Below are positions 1-13,460 of a stretch of DNA of 64,000 bases, piece by piece (the stretch's first letter is position 1; every line of letters starts with the position of its first letter). Made by a program: the position numbers and the translations under genes. This DNA comes from Octopus vulgaris. Its lineage: Eukaryota. The notes under the pieces were generated by a model that saw only the letters and a list, made by a program, of their open reading frames with translations, made no database searches and was not told the DNA's origin. The stretch is from assembly GCA_951406725.2 (NCBI GenBank), contig OX597819.1:60450001-60514000 (forward strand). Direction: 5' to 3'.

Positions 1-482
1 TTAGGTTCAATCCCACTGCTCAGCACCTTTGGCAAGTATCTTCTATTTTCACCTCAGCCCAACCAATCCCTTGACTGAATTTGATAGACAGAAACAGAAT
101 TAAACCCATTCACCAAACACACACAAATGTGTGTGTGTGTGTGTGTGTGAAGTGCAGGAGTGTCGTTATTTTGCTTATCACCATTTGCTAAAAGCAGTGC
201 TAATGTTGACGTTCCAACCAGTCACTTGGCACTTTTAGAGATCTCTGGTATATAGAAGACATTTACAATGAAAACAGGTGAGGGTTGGTTACAGAAGAAG
301 CATCCAACTAAAACCCTGCCTCAAAAGTAATTTTCATCCAAGTCATGCAAGCATGGAAAAATAGACATTAAACGAATCAAGAAACACAGTACACAACATA
401 CACATCACAGCAGATATACAATCCAACTATAGGAGCCTCTATGTAGTCAGTCCACTAGAAATAGCAACCAAATCTCACTTAA

Positions 483-702
483 CCCTTTCATTACTGTATT
501 TATTTTGAAATGTTCTGTGTTTCTTTTAATTACTTTAAATATAACAAAGAATTTAGTAAAATAACTTAGTTTTCATTCAGCTTGTGTTAGGAACATAAAC
601 TGTGACTAAGGTTTGGTGGAAAATTTTAATTCAAAACTTATGAAAACAAGACATTTGTACTCAGAGCCAGAGCTGGTTTCAGCCGGGTTGGTAATGAAAG
701 GG
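483..702. mobile_element. piggyBac-like MITE
   Basis: ccctttcattac...gtaatgaaaggg TIRs flanked by TTAA on both sides; related inverted copy at 7370-7564. Confidence 0.75.
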
Positions 703-739
703 TTAAATCACATGCTCTAAGGTAACTGTCTTGATTTTA

Positions 740-962
740 TATAATACTGGTTTCAAATTTTGGTACAAGGCCGGCAATTTTGGGGGTGGGGCTATTCTAA
801 CTAAACTGAACCCAGTGTTCAGCTGGTACTTATTTTACGACCCTGAAAGGATGAAAGGCAAAATCGACCATGGCAGAATTTGAACTCAAAACGTTAAGAC
901 AGACAAAATGCCATAAAGCATTTTGCCCAGCATGCTAACAATTCCACTAGCTCACTGCCTTT
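740..962 (-). mobile_element. SINE family B (Meta-domain-like core)
   Basis: aaggcagtgagctag...gagttcaaattc...ttgcctttcatcctttc core; further copies near 29385, 33415, 43675, 57260. Confidence 0.72.
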
Positions 963-1226
963 GTTCTTGTATAATATTAAATATTATTGTCAAGACTATT
1001 GCAAGAAGCAACAAAAATTTTAGGAGAATAAAAATAAGAAATAAGTGGAAATTTTACCGGTGAGTGTGATAAAATTATAAGGCACAAAAAGAAAATGACT
1101 CTCCGCAGACACAACAGAATATACTTCAACACACGGACTCATATAAAGAATCTTGCAAACCAAATAATAAAATGGTTAAATAATAAAATAATAAAATGGT
1201 TAAATAATAAAATGAGATATACTCAC

Positions 1227-1385
1227 CATACTAATCAATACAAGATCTGCTACATTGTGTGGATTTAGCCTACCAACCAAATCTTCAGCAGTGATGTCAA
1301 TAGCTGTTTGTTTCTGAGCAGTACTGGGCAGTTTTTCTTTACTTGGTGGTGCTCCAATCTCTTCCTCTTCCACATCAGGATCAGG
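1227..1385 (-). CDS. SYMPK: Symplekin exon 12 (PDPDVEEEE...AIDITAEDLVGRLNPHNVADLVLISM); gene continues beyond window start
   Basis: aatag / gtgagt, phase 0/0; matches DITAEFL...NVANLVLISM. Confidence 0.92.
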
Positions 1386-1988
1386 CTATTAATTATCGAA
1401 ATAGGTTTTTATTCATAAAAAGAGAAAGCATAGTGTTTATACAGATAAATACTTTTATGCGTAATTACAGGCTGAAAACTGTATTTATCTATTTCAGTAT
1501 ACAGATTTGAAATTATACTCTTTCTTTGTTTCGGGCAGCAACTATAAAGTGAGACAGCTTTAGAAGTTTCATCAATAATTCTTCAATTTCTGCTTAGCAT
1601 TTGATAACTATTTTAATTTCTGACAATAAAATCCGTCATAATAAATGAAATAAATAAAATGTGAAGGCACACAGCCTAGAGGCTTGGGCATCACACAAAT
1701 GATCGTAAGGTCATGGTTTCAGTTTCCAGACCGGGCAGCATGTTGTGTTCTTGAGCAAAACACTTCATTTCATTATTGCTCCAGTCCATTCAGCTGTAAA
1801 TGGGCTCCAGCAATAACTGGGAAGTTAACTCTATAATGGACTAGCATCTCATCCAAGTAAAATGCAAAGTCAAGCCTTCAAGGGCTAAGGCTTGCAAAAG
1901 TAAATTACCAAACTAATAACTTAAGATTGTTTGAAGAATTAACTAAAGGACAATTTAAACAAAGAATAGACAATCTGCTGCTACACAC

Positions 1989-2087
1989 CTTTATCTCAAC
2001 TTTGGATTTTTTAGATGATGAAGTACTGGGTCCATCCTCAGCTTTTCTCTTTTTGATGTCTTCTGTTTTGGGCATGCACTTCATAAC
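1989..2087 (-). CDS. SYMPK: Symplekin exon 11 (VMKCMPKTEDIKKRKAEDGPSTSSSKKSKVEIK; bipartite NLS-like)
   Basis: cacag / gtgtgt, phase 0/0. Confidence 0.88.
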
Positions 2088-3969
2088 CTGTGATTAAATA
2101 AGATAAAGTGGTTTTCAATGTATGGACAGGTGTCAAAATATGTTTTATCCAACAAATAAAATGCATTTTAAATATGAATCAAGTGTAGATTGGACTGGGT
2201 GGTTAAGAAGTTAGCTTTTGAACTACATAGTTTGAAGTTCAGTGCCACTGTGTGGCACCTTGCACAAGGGTCTTGAAATATAGCCCTGGACTAACCAAAG
2301 CCTTGCAAGTAGATATAATAAACAGAAACTGTGTAGAAGCCCATCATGTGTGTGTTTGTGTGCATGCATGTATGTATGTATGTATATGAGTGAGTGTATG
2401 TGTTTGTCTCTCTGTCTTGACGCCACGTGACAGTTGTAAATGAGCATCACTATTATACAAGCAGTGCCACTCATTTCAAGTTTTCTGTGAAAACATGTCC
2501 AGTCATGGGAAAATATTAGCATGCTTGGAGACAATTGGGGGTTGGGATAGGAAGGGCATCCAGTTGTTGAAAGTCTGCCTCAATAAACTCCATCTGACCC
2601 ATGTAAGCAAGGAAAATTGGAAGTTAAAACAACGCTGAAGACAACAATGACGAAACCCATGTTGAGTTAAAAATCTCGAATCATACAAGAAAAAGTTGCA
2701 ATTGCATTTTTACTGAATAAAATCAAATTATCCTCACCATCCTATTAGCAGTCAAATCTATACATTAGCAGTACATTAAAATTATGGTAATTATTGAGAC
2801 AATTTATTCAAGTTACTTGTAGATAATATAATGACGTCAGGTATGCTTGAAGGTCTTATGTGGCAGGCAGGATTTTCTAACATATGAAATCAACATGCTG
2901 GGCCACATAAAAAGCTCTCGTTCTGGTACCTGGTAAAAAGCACAAAGTACACTCTGTAAAGTGGTTGGCATTAGAAAGGACATCCAGCCATAGAAACCAT
3001 ACCAAAACAGACAATTGGAGCCTGAGCAGCTCTCGAGTTATCCAGCTCCTGTCAAACCATCCAACCCATGCCAGTATGCAAAACAGACAATAAATGGTGA
3101 TGATGATAGAATGCAATTGTAAATGTCATAAATGAAAGGAAGCAGTTGACTGGTTCAACACAAGAAAGTAGAAATATAGAGAGAGCATATGAGGTGTTTA
3201 ACAACAGACTGTCATAAGCGCCACAACTTAAAAATTGAGAAAAATGCAGCCAAAATTTTGCAACTTTCAGAATGCGATATCTCAGCAAGAAATGAAGTTA
3301 GGAAGCTGGTTTTGATCTCAAAATGACAGTGAAGACCTCCTCTAATCATTCCACATATGTAAAATTATTTATTTATGTATGCATGTGAAAGATGAAACAA
3401 TGACAGCACCTTTCTCATTTTGTAGAATATACCAGTACTACGAAGCGGTGTAACGCATTGCGTATTTTAGCCATAATACCTAGAAAAAACAAAGAGACCC
3501 ACCCCACGAAGGTATTGTATGTGTTTTAATATACCATGGTAAATATCTTTAAGAGGTAAGATAAGACCGTAAGATAATAGCTCATTATCGTTACGATGGT
3601 AACGAGAAATACTAGAAAATGAGCCATAACACCTCGAAAAACAATACAGGGATCACACCAAAATTACTGATTGAGCGTGTGTGCTTATGATAGTGTGTTA
3701 TTAAACCTTCTGGTCCGAGTTTGGGTGAGCGAGCATTGTGTCAATAGCGTTGAAGTACGATTTTTTTCAGCTGGATTTTTGACCTTATTGCAAGCCTCAC
3801 AACTTTTTCAGATTCTAGACGTCGAGACAAAGAAAATTATATACTAACCTTGAAAATGGCCAGAGTAGTGCTTATGACACTCTGTTACTAAACACCTCAT
3901 ATAAATAATTGTAAAGGATACATTCAGAACGGATAGGCATTGAAATGTCTGAATATCTGAAACTCTTAC

Positions 3970-4124
3970 CTCTGACTGCATTGCTCCAAGATCGGTTAAG
4001 AGAGTAGTTATTTGAGACATGAAGCGCGGAGAATATGGATGCTTTAGTAAAGCCAACATCTGCATCTTTAAATTTTTACGAACACTGCTTACTTGTGACT
4101 TGGCTAACGTTGGTGGTAAATTTA
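3970..4124 (-). CDS. SYMPK: Symplekin exon 10 ([19 protein letters not shown]...[14 protein letters not shown])
   Basis: tttcag / gtaaga, phase 1/0; [19 protein letters not shown] is the diagnostic symplekin motif. Confidence 0.96.
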
Positions 4125-5239
4125 CTGAAATGCACAAAATGTTTATTATGATATATATCATGAAGTAGAGAGTAGAATACACAGACTCTGTGTCTGTGTA
4201 GACAAACGAGAGATATACACCTTTTTTTAATTGAGCTTTATTATAGTAAGGATAGAGAATACACACTACATGCATGTGTGTATGTGTTAATATATAAGAT
4301 TCAACTGAATTCAGTGTTACTTAATGTAAACAACTACCATAAGTTTCACTACACATATTAATTAAAACCAATATTTTAGAAACCAGATATGCTACACAAA
4401 ATGTTAAAAACTATTAAAGGACATTCAATATTAACTGAAAATAAAAGTTATAAAACATTAAAATACTAAACTTAAAACATTCTACAGGAAAAAAATCCTT
4501 CAATGTTACTATTCTATCTTTTCTTTTGGTTTCCAGAAAAGTATTACTACTTCTTTATATTGAGATAAACCAAATGGATTTGATTACAATGGATTTTTTT
4601 TAGGTGGGTTAGGGTTAATCTCAAGTACTTTACCTTGAATTGTATTTAATATTCATAAATATATTTCTGTCATAAATGTGTGCTGAAATATCTTTATTTG
4701 ATATGAAATAACTAACTATAAATTGACAAGTTATTATAAAAAAAACATTTGTAGAAATGCAAAACACTAAGATCTAATGTGTAAACCATTCATTTTTAAG
4801 GTAACAAAAAGATTTTGATAACCTTTACTCTTTCAATATCATTCTTTTTCCTAAGGACTTAGGTCAGCTTTAGACAAAATTACAAACTGAATCTTAATTC
4901 AATAAATATCAGATGTTCAAGACAAGTTATTAACTTCATGTTTTAAATCTGGATACCATTTCCAAACATTCATTTTACTTTGAACTGAATCTGCATGAAC
5001 CTTTGGAAAATTTCTTTCAAAAACCTATTTTTTATCAATATTAGTGTAATATCATTATTTCAGATAAAATATGATTCTAAATATTTTTTTGATAATTTTA
5101 GAAGACCAAATATAAGAAATTATTCTAATTCTAGAAAAAATTGCTTTACAGAATGTGGGAAAAGTTGAGACATTTCAAAAATTCAAAATAAAATAAACAA
5201 AACAATGAATAATAGTTTGTTTTTTAAAAAGATCTTTAC

Positions 5240-5337
5240 CATGTAAGGATTCAAATGCTTGTACTACTTGATCAAAATATACTGGTCTTTGTTTAGCAAT
5301 TGCTGTAAGGCTTCCCATGACAGTCATCAGATTTATA
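5240..5337 (-). CDS. SYMPK: Symplekin exon 9 (INLMTVMGSLTAIAKQRPVYFDQVVQAFESLH)
   Basis: aag acceptor, gtaaag donor, phase 2/1; matches SINL...GSL..IARQRP. Confidence 0.93.
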
Positions 5338-5580
5338 CTTTTAGATAAATATAAGAAATACAAAAAATTATATTATACTCAAATTATAAATTTAGAAATA
5401 ATATCATATACTTATAACTCATAAGATTATACTGGACACAATTGCACAATACACTAATCTGTTACACACTCATTGCTCTTCAATCATTAATTATCACATA
5501 GGTAATGATCAACATTCCCATGATAGAATTGGATGAAATGAAATATTACAAAACTGATAACAATGATTCTCAGTAAAAGA

Positions 5581-6165
5581 TGTTTTTAGCCAGCTGGTAG
5601 GTCTGCCTCCTCAGACCTATTTGCAAAAGAAGGTCGACCTGGGGAAGCAGCTGAAGTTCCCAGAAACTGTTGCATCAACATCACTATGGCTGGATATGAT
5701 GCTGATCTCAGAAGAATCTGAGCAGATGGTCCTGTTAGAACTTTCCATTCCTTGGAAAAACTGGATTGAGAATGCAGATAAGAGCAAGGAAATATGCTGA
5801 GGTGGTGGAGCTATGCCAAAGGGTGGTAGGGAAGTTTTGATCCCAGCGAAGTGGGATGCAAGGGGTCTACAGGCAAGTCCCACTGAAGAGCTTACATCAT
5901 GTTTCACATCACAGGGGCCTGTAGGCAGAGGGTCATTAAATTGGTTATAGAGGGAGTGGAGGTTGCCTTCAAGGTGGCTGAGAATCAGGAGGTATGAGCT
6001 CTGGAAGGGGCAATGCTAGCTGGACCACACACAAGCTGGGGTTTGGTCAATTCTGGACCAGGACTCCTGAGTGAAGGTGTCTGATGTTGAAAGACCCAAA
6101 TCACCTAATGACCCCAGGAAACGTCACTGATGATGTGTCCAGGTGTATCACAAGATGATGTATGA
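5581..6165 (+). mobile_element. Decayed 3' end of a HERO-like (RLE-clade) non-LTR retrotransposon
   Basis: Translates to KVDLGKQLKFPETVASTSLWLDMMLISEESEQMVLLELSIPW...EVGCKG, a restriction-like endonuclease signature, followed by a 3'UTR. Confidence 0.65.
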
Positions 6166-6694
6166 AAAAACTCAATAAATCTTATATCAGCAGAAAAAAC
6201 ACCAAGTTATTTCCCCTTCTATTCATGGACAATTCAATTATCTTAAAGGAGAGAAAATACAAGGCAACCACCATTTACCAAAGTATACTTGAATAATATT
6301 ATATATTAAAATATTAAAATTAAACCTGTGGTTGAAAAGCAAACTTCTTAATCACATAGCCACACCTAAACCTATTAGTCAACCTGCATTTATAATTCTT
6401 GTTCTAAAATTATTTAGGGGTTTCAGCTTCTAGGAATTAATTTGTTATTCAAAAATAGCAGCCAAATTACCCTCAAATCAAACCCCACATCTTCAAAATA
6501 GGAATGATACATCATTGTTCCTAGTTACAAACTGCATAAAAGAAAAAGATGTTACGGTTTGAATCTCTTTCATTATATTTCTGATTAATCAGGACTAACA
6601 TCTGGTTCAACAACAACTTAAGCCATATCTTACAATTATAATTAAAAAAACACTAGAAATAACATATAAAGATTATATCATCAACATTATTGTA

Positions 6695-7075
6695 CAGGGT
6701 GATTCAAAAGTCTCCATACATAGGAAAAATTTATTCTTTTTATAAAAACAGTTTGTAAGATCCCCCAGATCCTCTGACCTCTGATCTGACCCCTCTTGAT
6801 TTCTATCTTTGGGGGCATTTGAAAGGCATGGTGTATCGCAGAAAGGTAAAAGACATAAATCATTTGAAGGAACGCATCACCAATTCATTTGCACAAGTGT
6901 CACCAGATGTGCTATTACGAGTTCACAATGAGTGGGGTTAAAAGTATTGCAATGTGTATTCAAAACAATGGTAACCATATAGAGCCTGTTAAATAAAAAG
7001 AAAAACCGTTCTTATAAACTGTTTCTTATAAAAATATAAATTGTTCCTATGTATGGTGACTTTTGAATCACCCTG
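6695..7075 (+). mobile_element. Internally deleted Tc1/mariner-superfamily element
   Basis: TIRs cagggtgattcaaaagtc...gacttttgaatcaccctg, TA TSDs; internal DLTPLDFYLWGHLKGMVY...CIQNNGNHIE transposase C-terminus. Confidence 0.85.
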
Positions 7076-7125
7076 TATATCTAGATTCCATGATGGCACG
7101 GGTGTATGTTACAGTAATAATATAC

Positions 7126-7277
7126 CTGGATATATGAGGTGAGGCTTGAAATTTCAGCAAAGAGACAAATAACTCATTGCCCTCTTCCTCTAATTTGTTA
7201 ACATCCAACAGTTTATGGTTTTCAGGGACTTTATCAAGTGTCATCTCATTTTCAAGTTTCTTAGGAATGTCTGACTC
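7126..7277 (-). CDS. SYMPK: Symplekin exon 8 (ESDIPKKLENEMTLDKVPENH...LLKFQASPHIS)
   Basis: Poly-T tract plus caag acceptor, gtatat donor, phase 0/2. Confidence 0.9.
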
Positions 7278-7369
7278 CTTGAATAAAAAAAAAAAAAAAA
7301 GATTTGAGCACTTTATATGAATATCTAATTGTCATTATCATCATCACCATTTTAAGATGCTGTCATTAA

Positions 7370-7564
7370 CCCTTTTGTTACCAACCCAACCCAACTGAAA
7401 CCGGCTCTGGCTCTGAGTACAAATGTCTTGTTTTCATAAGTTCTGAATTAAAATCTTCCACCAAACCTTAGTCACAATTTATGTTCCTAACACTAAATGA
7501 ATGATAACTATGTTATATTTAAAGTAACACAGAGTATCTCAAAATAAATACAGTAACGAAAGGG
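7370..7564. mobile_element. piggyBac-like MITE (same family as 483-702, opposite orientation)
   Basis: TTAA-ccctttt...gaaaggg-TTAA; shared internal sequence. Confidence 0.75.
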
Positions 7565-8659
7565 TTAATTGGATGAAAAGGAGATAAAAAAAATTTCATT
7601 CATTAAAACTAATATAACTTGGTTTTGTGAAAGTCAGTCTAGCAGTTGTCCATGTATGCAAGTTTTATTTTTCCTATGTACCTAAAGGAAAGGCCACTAC
7701 TTTAGAGCCAATACAGCCTGATACCAGCATCACTGCAGGTATTGCTACCAGAATGCAAAACACTGAAACAGTTACCACATGGCATCTCATCTGTTGCTTT
7801 AACAGTTCTGTCAATCTACTGCCCTAAATTGGTACTTTTTTATTGACCCTAAAAGGACAAAAGGGTAAAATTGTCTTTGGTGGGATATGAACTCAAAATA
7901 CAGGGAGCTGGAACAAAAGTATTAAGAGCCAGTTCATTTGAATACAAGATATCTGCTTTGATGCAGACACACACAGTGAATTTTAAAATTATTTAAATTC
8001 ATATTTCTCGATAACAATTAATTCTGTAATCAAAAGTTTAAGTTTATAATTATATAATTCAATCTAAGAAACATTTTTCAGGTGACATCCTTTGAGGAGA
8101 AAGGACATTTAATATACAAGAAAACATCTCTAGTTCTCATTGTATATAAATTTTGAAAGTTTGGCCAACAATTAAAACACAGAGATTAATGACAACTGTG
8201 TGTAAAATGAATCTTTCACACTCCAAATATTGAATTAATTCTATTACACCTTAGTCCAGAAAACTACCATATTTGATGACATATAAAGCATACTCATTTT
8301 TTTTTTTTAAATTAATCTGGCTCCTACATGTAAACTTGAACCTACATTTATGTTTTAATGCAGTAAAAACTTTTGCCCTGAATATGTGCTGCTGAAATTG
8401 AGGTGCACCTAATATGCCCATGTGTCATGTACAGTGGGTAATGCCATATTTCTTGTGAATTTCCAGCTGTGAGGTTTATTAAGACAACAAACTCTTGTTA
8501 ACAAAGTGATTAATTCTAATTCCTATAATTTAAAAAAGCTTATATAAGAATTTTAAATGAACATTTATTGTAATTGAAATTTCAAAACAACTGTATAAAA
8601 TATAGAGATCATCCAACTATGAAAATTAAAACTATAAGAATATTGCTAAAAGTACTTAC

Positions 8660-8723
8660 AGGAGATTTCTTTGTCAAAGTTAGAACAACATTTTCAATAA
8701 ATTTCACAACATGAGTTCGGATA
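8660..8723 (-). CDS. SYMPK: Symplekin exon 7 (IRTHVVKFIENVVLTLTKKSP)
   Basis: ttttcag / gtaagt, phase 2/0; NDGIRTH motif spans the junction. Confidence 0.92.
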
Positions 8724-9417
8724 CTGAAAAATTATTTTTAAAAAATACCTTGTTAAATTATTTACTTAACAGTGCAGTACAAAATAGCTGTGTTTATAAT
8801 AAATACATTTAGGTTAATAACACTAAGACAATCAGCTAAATGGATTAGATATTGGATTAACTGTTACTGTTGTAAAATGTAAACATGCATGCATGCATGT
8901 GCACACACAGAGAGGCTTCCACACAGTTCCAATCTATCATTTCCATTCATAAGGCATTGGTCAGCCTGGACCTATGATAGAAGACATTTGCTCAAGGTGC
9001 CACACAATGATACTGTACCTGAAACCACATAGTCGTGAAGCAAAATTCTTAACCACACTTAAGATAAAAAGATAAAGACTATCTCAGAATATAAGCAAAA
9101 TAATGTATTTCCAAATTGGTAACAAAGAAAACGAAGGCATGAAGAATTTTGAAAAGAAAAACAAAAATTAGAAGGAAGAATATTTCACCAAGTAACTGAA
9201 CTGAAACCAAATGTCTTTGAAATAAAGAAAATACAAAGTTGTTAATAAAAAATACTAAGGTAAAACTATACACAGGACATTACATGGAAACAGGTTAGGT
9301 TTCATGATGTCTCTTCACAGAGTAAAGTTGCACTGAAACAGGCATAAATCACATTTAAAAATTCCTAAGAGTGATGGACAGAGGATAATTAAAATTAGTA
9401 GACTAGGTAGCTTTTGT

Positions 9418-9800
9418 TTTTTACTTGTTCTAATCATTAGACTGCAGCCATGCTGGAGCACCACCTTGATGGGTTAAGTCAAACAAATTGAGCCCAGTAC
9501 TTATTTTACTTTTTAAAAAACTGGTATTTATGCTATTGATCAATTTTGTTAAACTACTATTTTTATGGGGACATAAACAAACCAACACCAGATGTCAAGT
9601 GGTGATGGTTGGGGGACAAACACAAAGATGCATGAACACACACACATAGATATACAATATGGGCTTCTTTCAGTTTCTGTCTACCAGATCCAGTCACAGA
9701 ACTTTGGTTGGTCTAAGGCTTATAGTAAAAGACATTTGCTCAAGGTGCCATGCAGTGGAACTGAACCCAGAACTCCATATCACACAGCCACACCTGCAGC
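9418..9800 (-). mobile_element. SINE family A copy
   Basis: Reverse complement of the same consensus. Confidence 0.75.
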
Positions 9801-9864
9801 TAGGAAAAACTACAGTACTTGACCAGCAAAATGATGCAGAGATAATGGCATGAGTCTTGCTTAC

Positions 9865-9971
9865 CCGTCATTTAAAGATTCCATCATCTCAATTATGAAG
9901 GTTTTTAATTGTAAGATTTGTTTCCAAGTCTGTTGCATTTCTTCAGTAATTGTCTTGCTCTGGCTCAACCA
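9865..9971 (-). CDS. SYMPK: Symplekin exon 6 (WLSQSKTITEEMQQTWKQILQLKTFIIEMMESLNDG)
   Basis: tttcag / gtaagc, phase 0/2. Confidence 0.92.
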
Positions 9972-10454
9972 CTGAAACCAAAAGAAACCCAAATTCCATT
10001 ATTTAAGATATTTTGAGACACTAAATCTGTTTGTATTTTTTTTTTTTACATCATTCATAATAAACAAAAGGAAAAGCAAAATTCAAGTAATGACAGGTCG
10101 TTTCTAATATATTCAAAGGTAACTAAACATGCATTGTCAGTTTGAAAATTAAACTATCTAAAAAAAAACGCATAACAGATCATCATTATTTAGCATCCAT
10201 GTCCTATGCTGGCATGGGTGTAGAATATTATGAATTTCAGTACTGAACAATACGAAATACTTAACACTCAACAACTCATTCTATCTAGCTATATCTGGGT
10301 ACCATGAGTAAGTACAGCTCACATGGTAACCCCTTGACATTCAAACCAGCCAGATCCAGTCTCCCACACCTACCTTACAATGTCAATCTAACAATAAACA
10401 ACCATATCATTGAAATCTCAAAGTTACAAGATAATTCATGATTAATTCAAAGCA

Positions 10455-10780
10455 ATCATCATCATTTAATGTCTGCTTTCCATGCTAGCATGGGTTGGAC
10501 GATTTGACTGAGGACTGGCGAACCAGATGGCAGCACCAGGCTCCAATTTGATCTGGCAGAGTTTCTACAGCTGGATGCCCTTCCTAATGCCAACCACTCC
10601 GAGAGTGTAGTGGGTACTTTTACGTGCCACCAGCATGAGGGCCAGCCAGGCGGTACTGGCAATGGCCATGCTCAAATGGTGATTTTTATGTGCCACCTGC
10701 ACAGGAGTCAGTCCAGTGGCACTGGCAATGACCTCGCTCGAATGTTTTGTTCATGTGCCACCAGCACAAGTGCCATGTGA
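10455..10780 (-). mobile_element. Family C repeat
   Basis: catcatcatttaatgtctgctttccatgctagcatgggttggac... reverse-strand tail. Confidence 0.8.
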
Positions 10781-11143
10781 ATATAAAAGCATTACATTAG
10801 ACAGAGTAACCTGAAAACTAAAAGGTTAAGGAAAAGGTGCATTGTATAATTAATGAGAATTTTGTCAGCTATCAATGCTGAATTCAATTTTAATTATTCA
10901 AACGAACTTCATGATCAATTTCTGTTACATTTATATTGGCTCCCAGCCCAATTTATCAGCTACTTGTGATGACAGCTCATGTGCAACAGCCTATTCCATA
11001 TTAAACTCATTGTGCACAGGACTTCATCTGTAGATGAATATCTAACTAAACTATGAGATGTTCCATGACTTTAGAGAATCAATTGTATTGAGTGCAATGC
11101 TCACCAAACTCAAGCAAATATTTATGAGATAAGCCATATTCAC

Positions 11144-11270
11144 CTGTAAAGCTAGTCTATGAAGTCCAGCCATTGCCAGAATAACTCTCTTCTGAACATT
11201 GACATTTTCATCTTGGAAAAGAGCACCAAGGTTTGGCAGGATTTTCTGTAAGAGGTCAGGTTCTTTCTTG
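11144..11270 (-). CDS. SYMPK: Symplekin exon 5 (KKEPDLLQKILPNLGALFQDENVNVQKRVILAMAGLHRLALQ)
   Basis: tttcag / gtgaat, phase 2/0; DENVNV motif. Confidence 0.93.
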
Positions 11271-11874
11271 CTGAAATTTTATGAGATAAAAAACATTTAG
11301 AAAATTTAAAACAAAACGAATTTTAACAAGAAAATAACAATCTAACTCTAATTTTGACAAAAATATAAATTATATCTATAATTAAATGAAAAGATTATAT
11401 CTAAGGTATTTGAGGCTACTCAAACTGCAGAAAATAGCAGCAAAGTCTTAGAAAAGTGGGGACACATTGGATAATGTAGTCTAAGAATAACTGAGTTAAA
11501 AGATGGGATGGTAATAGCTGGAACACGTTTGATCATGGGTCTGTTCAATTAGGACCAGTTTGGGCTTGGTTTTAACAAGTTTCAGAATCTTCATGATCAG
11601 AGGCGTGCACCAACTCTAAGAGAAGGAAAAAAAACTTTGGTTATGATGTTCATGTCATTACCACAGCATATGTAAAATGAAAGAGATTCAACTGGAAATT
11701 GCACCATCTAAAGGCTAAGTTTACCAGAGAGTATAGTCAATTGAATTCTATCATTATTTTATTGATCCTAAGAGAGTGAAAAAAATTTTTTTTTTGATGG
11801 TGTTTAAACCACATAAAAGGATGAAATTCCATTTCTGTCACTTCACTATTCTTATATATATATACACACACATA

Positions 11875-11913
<39 letters not shown>

Positions 11914-12189
11914 GCGAGTGTTGCCCATCATATGACAAGTAACTCTAGAAATATATTTTTGCCACTACGGATAATACCAGGAAATATGGCATAAATACAA
12001 TAATTATAACTTTTATCAAATTTCTTGGTACTTATACAAAATGACGAAATACTAATCTAAAATAAAACAAATTTCTCATTTGTATAACCTCTCCTATAGC
12101 TTCCTCCTACTAAAATTGCTGGCCTTGTGCCGAAATTTAAAACCATTATATAGGGATTTTCTAAACTCAACATAAATCAATGTACATAC

Positions 12190-12263
12190 CAAGCATCTTC
12201 TATGAAACTAATAACAAACTTTCGAACTTCAACAGACCGGTCACTTTGAAAAGCCAACATTTC
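12190..12263 (-). CDS. SYMPK: Symplekin exon 4 ([25 protein letters not shown])
   Basis: tttag / gtatgt, phase 0/2; EVRKFV motif. Confidence 0.93.
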
Positions 12264-12977
12264 CTAAATGAAATAAAATAGAATAATTACTATTAATAAA
12301 AGCAAGCGAACGTCTTGCAAAAGAATCCGTTTTAAATTTTCTTAGAGTAAATTTTTACATTTCAAATTTAAATGTTTTCATTAATTCAGACAGTGAAATA
12401 TTGTTTGTTTCCTTTACAGAGAAATAGTTTATTAGTTTATCACATATTAATGTGAAAATCGGTTGTAACTAGTGTGTCCAAGCTGACCAAAGCCTTGAGT
12501 GAATTTGGAAGATAGAAACTAAAGAAGCCTGTTGTGTATGTGTATTTGTGTGTGTTGTGATTCTGGTTAGCCACAGTGGTACTAATGGCTCTGAGGAAGC
12601 AAGATACTGCACTGGCACCCAAACAGGATGCACAACTCCTTACAGTAGAAACAGTTGTAAGCAAATGAAAGTGATTATGTAACTCCTGTTGTTTTGTCTT
12701 TCGTTCAGTAATTAATACGGACACCTTTTCTTAGAAAATTAAATCAGTGTTTGTGTTAATAATTTAGGCATCTAGTTTGCATACCATTTTGTTTTGTTTG
12801 TATACATAAGTGTTTATCTACATGGAGACAATTGATGTATAAACATCAAAAGAATATATCCATGGTAATTAATAGTTCAATTAATAATGGGTCGTTAAAT
12901 TCCAATAACATTATAACATTGCAGTAAATTCAAGAACTAATTTGCATGTATATATACAGTCAGCTAAAATTATCCTT

Positions 12978-13460
12978 TAGAATAATGTAAGTAGAAAAGC
13001 ATAAATTTCACAAATAGTCTATAATCTAATTATGCTCAACAGCTGTTTCGTTAGCTATAAACACCATTAATTTCATAATTACATAAATAAGATACACTTT
13101 TATTTCAATTTAAATCATTGAAATTCATCATCATCATCGTGTAACATCCGTTTTCCATGCTAACTGTCCAACCCATGCTAGCATGGAAAACATGTTAAAC
13201 GATGATGATGATGATGATGAATTTCAATGATTTAAATTAAATAAAAGTGATATTTACCCAAATTATCAAGCGTATTATTAGTTAGATAATAATTACTCCT
13301 GATGATTTGGGATAAACATTGTTTCAGATTAATTTAACTTAATTATGAATTTTAATTACATAATTCTAGAATTAATGTTTATTACTAATGAAACAGTTGT
13401 TGAGTGTAATTAAATCATGAATCATTTGTAAAATTTATACTTTTCTGCTTTTTATTCTAC
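12978..13460. repeat. Nested inverted repeat in SYMPK intron 3
   Basis: Inner arms ~13095-13162 and ~13178-13250 are near-perfect; outer arms ~12978-13085 and ~13350-13460 are degenerate. Confidence 0.7.

Noticed and set aside
4600-4620. gggttagggtt interstitial telomere-like motif
   Set aside because: Only about two units, and no clear element boundaries or TSD could be established.
7115-7125. gtatat donor as possible U12-type intron
   Set aside because: Does not match GTATCCTT; all introns read as U2-type GT-AG.
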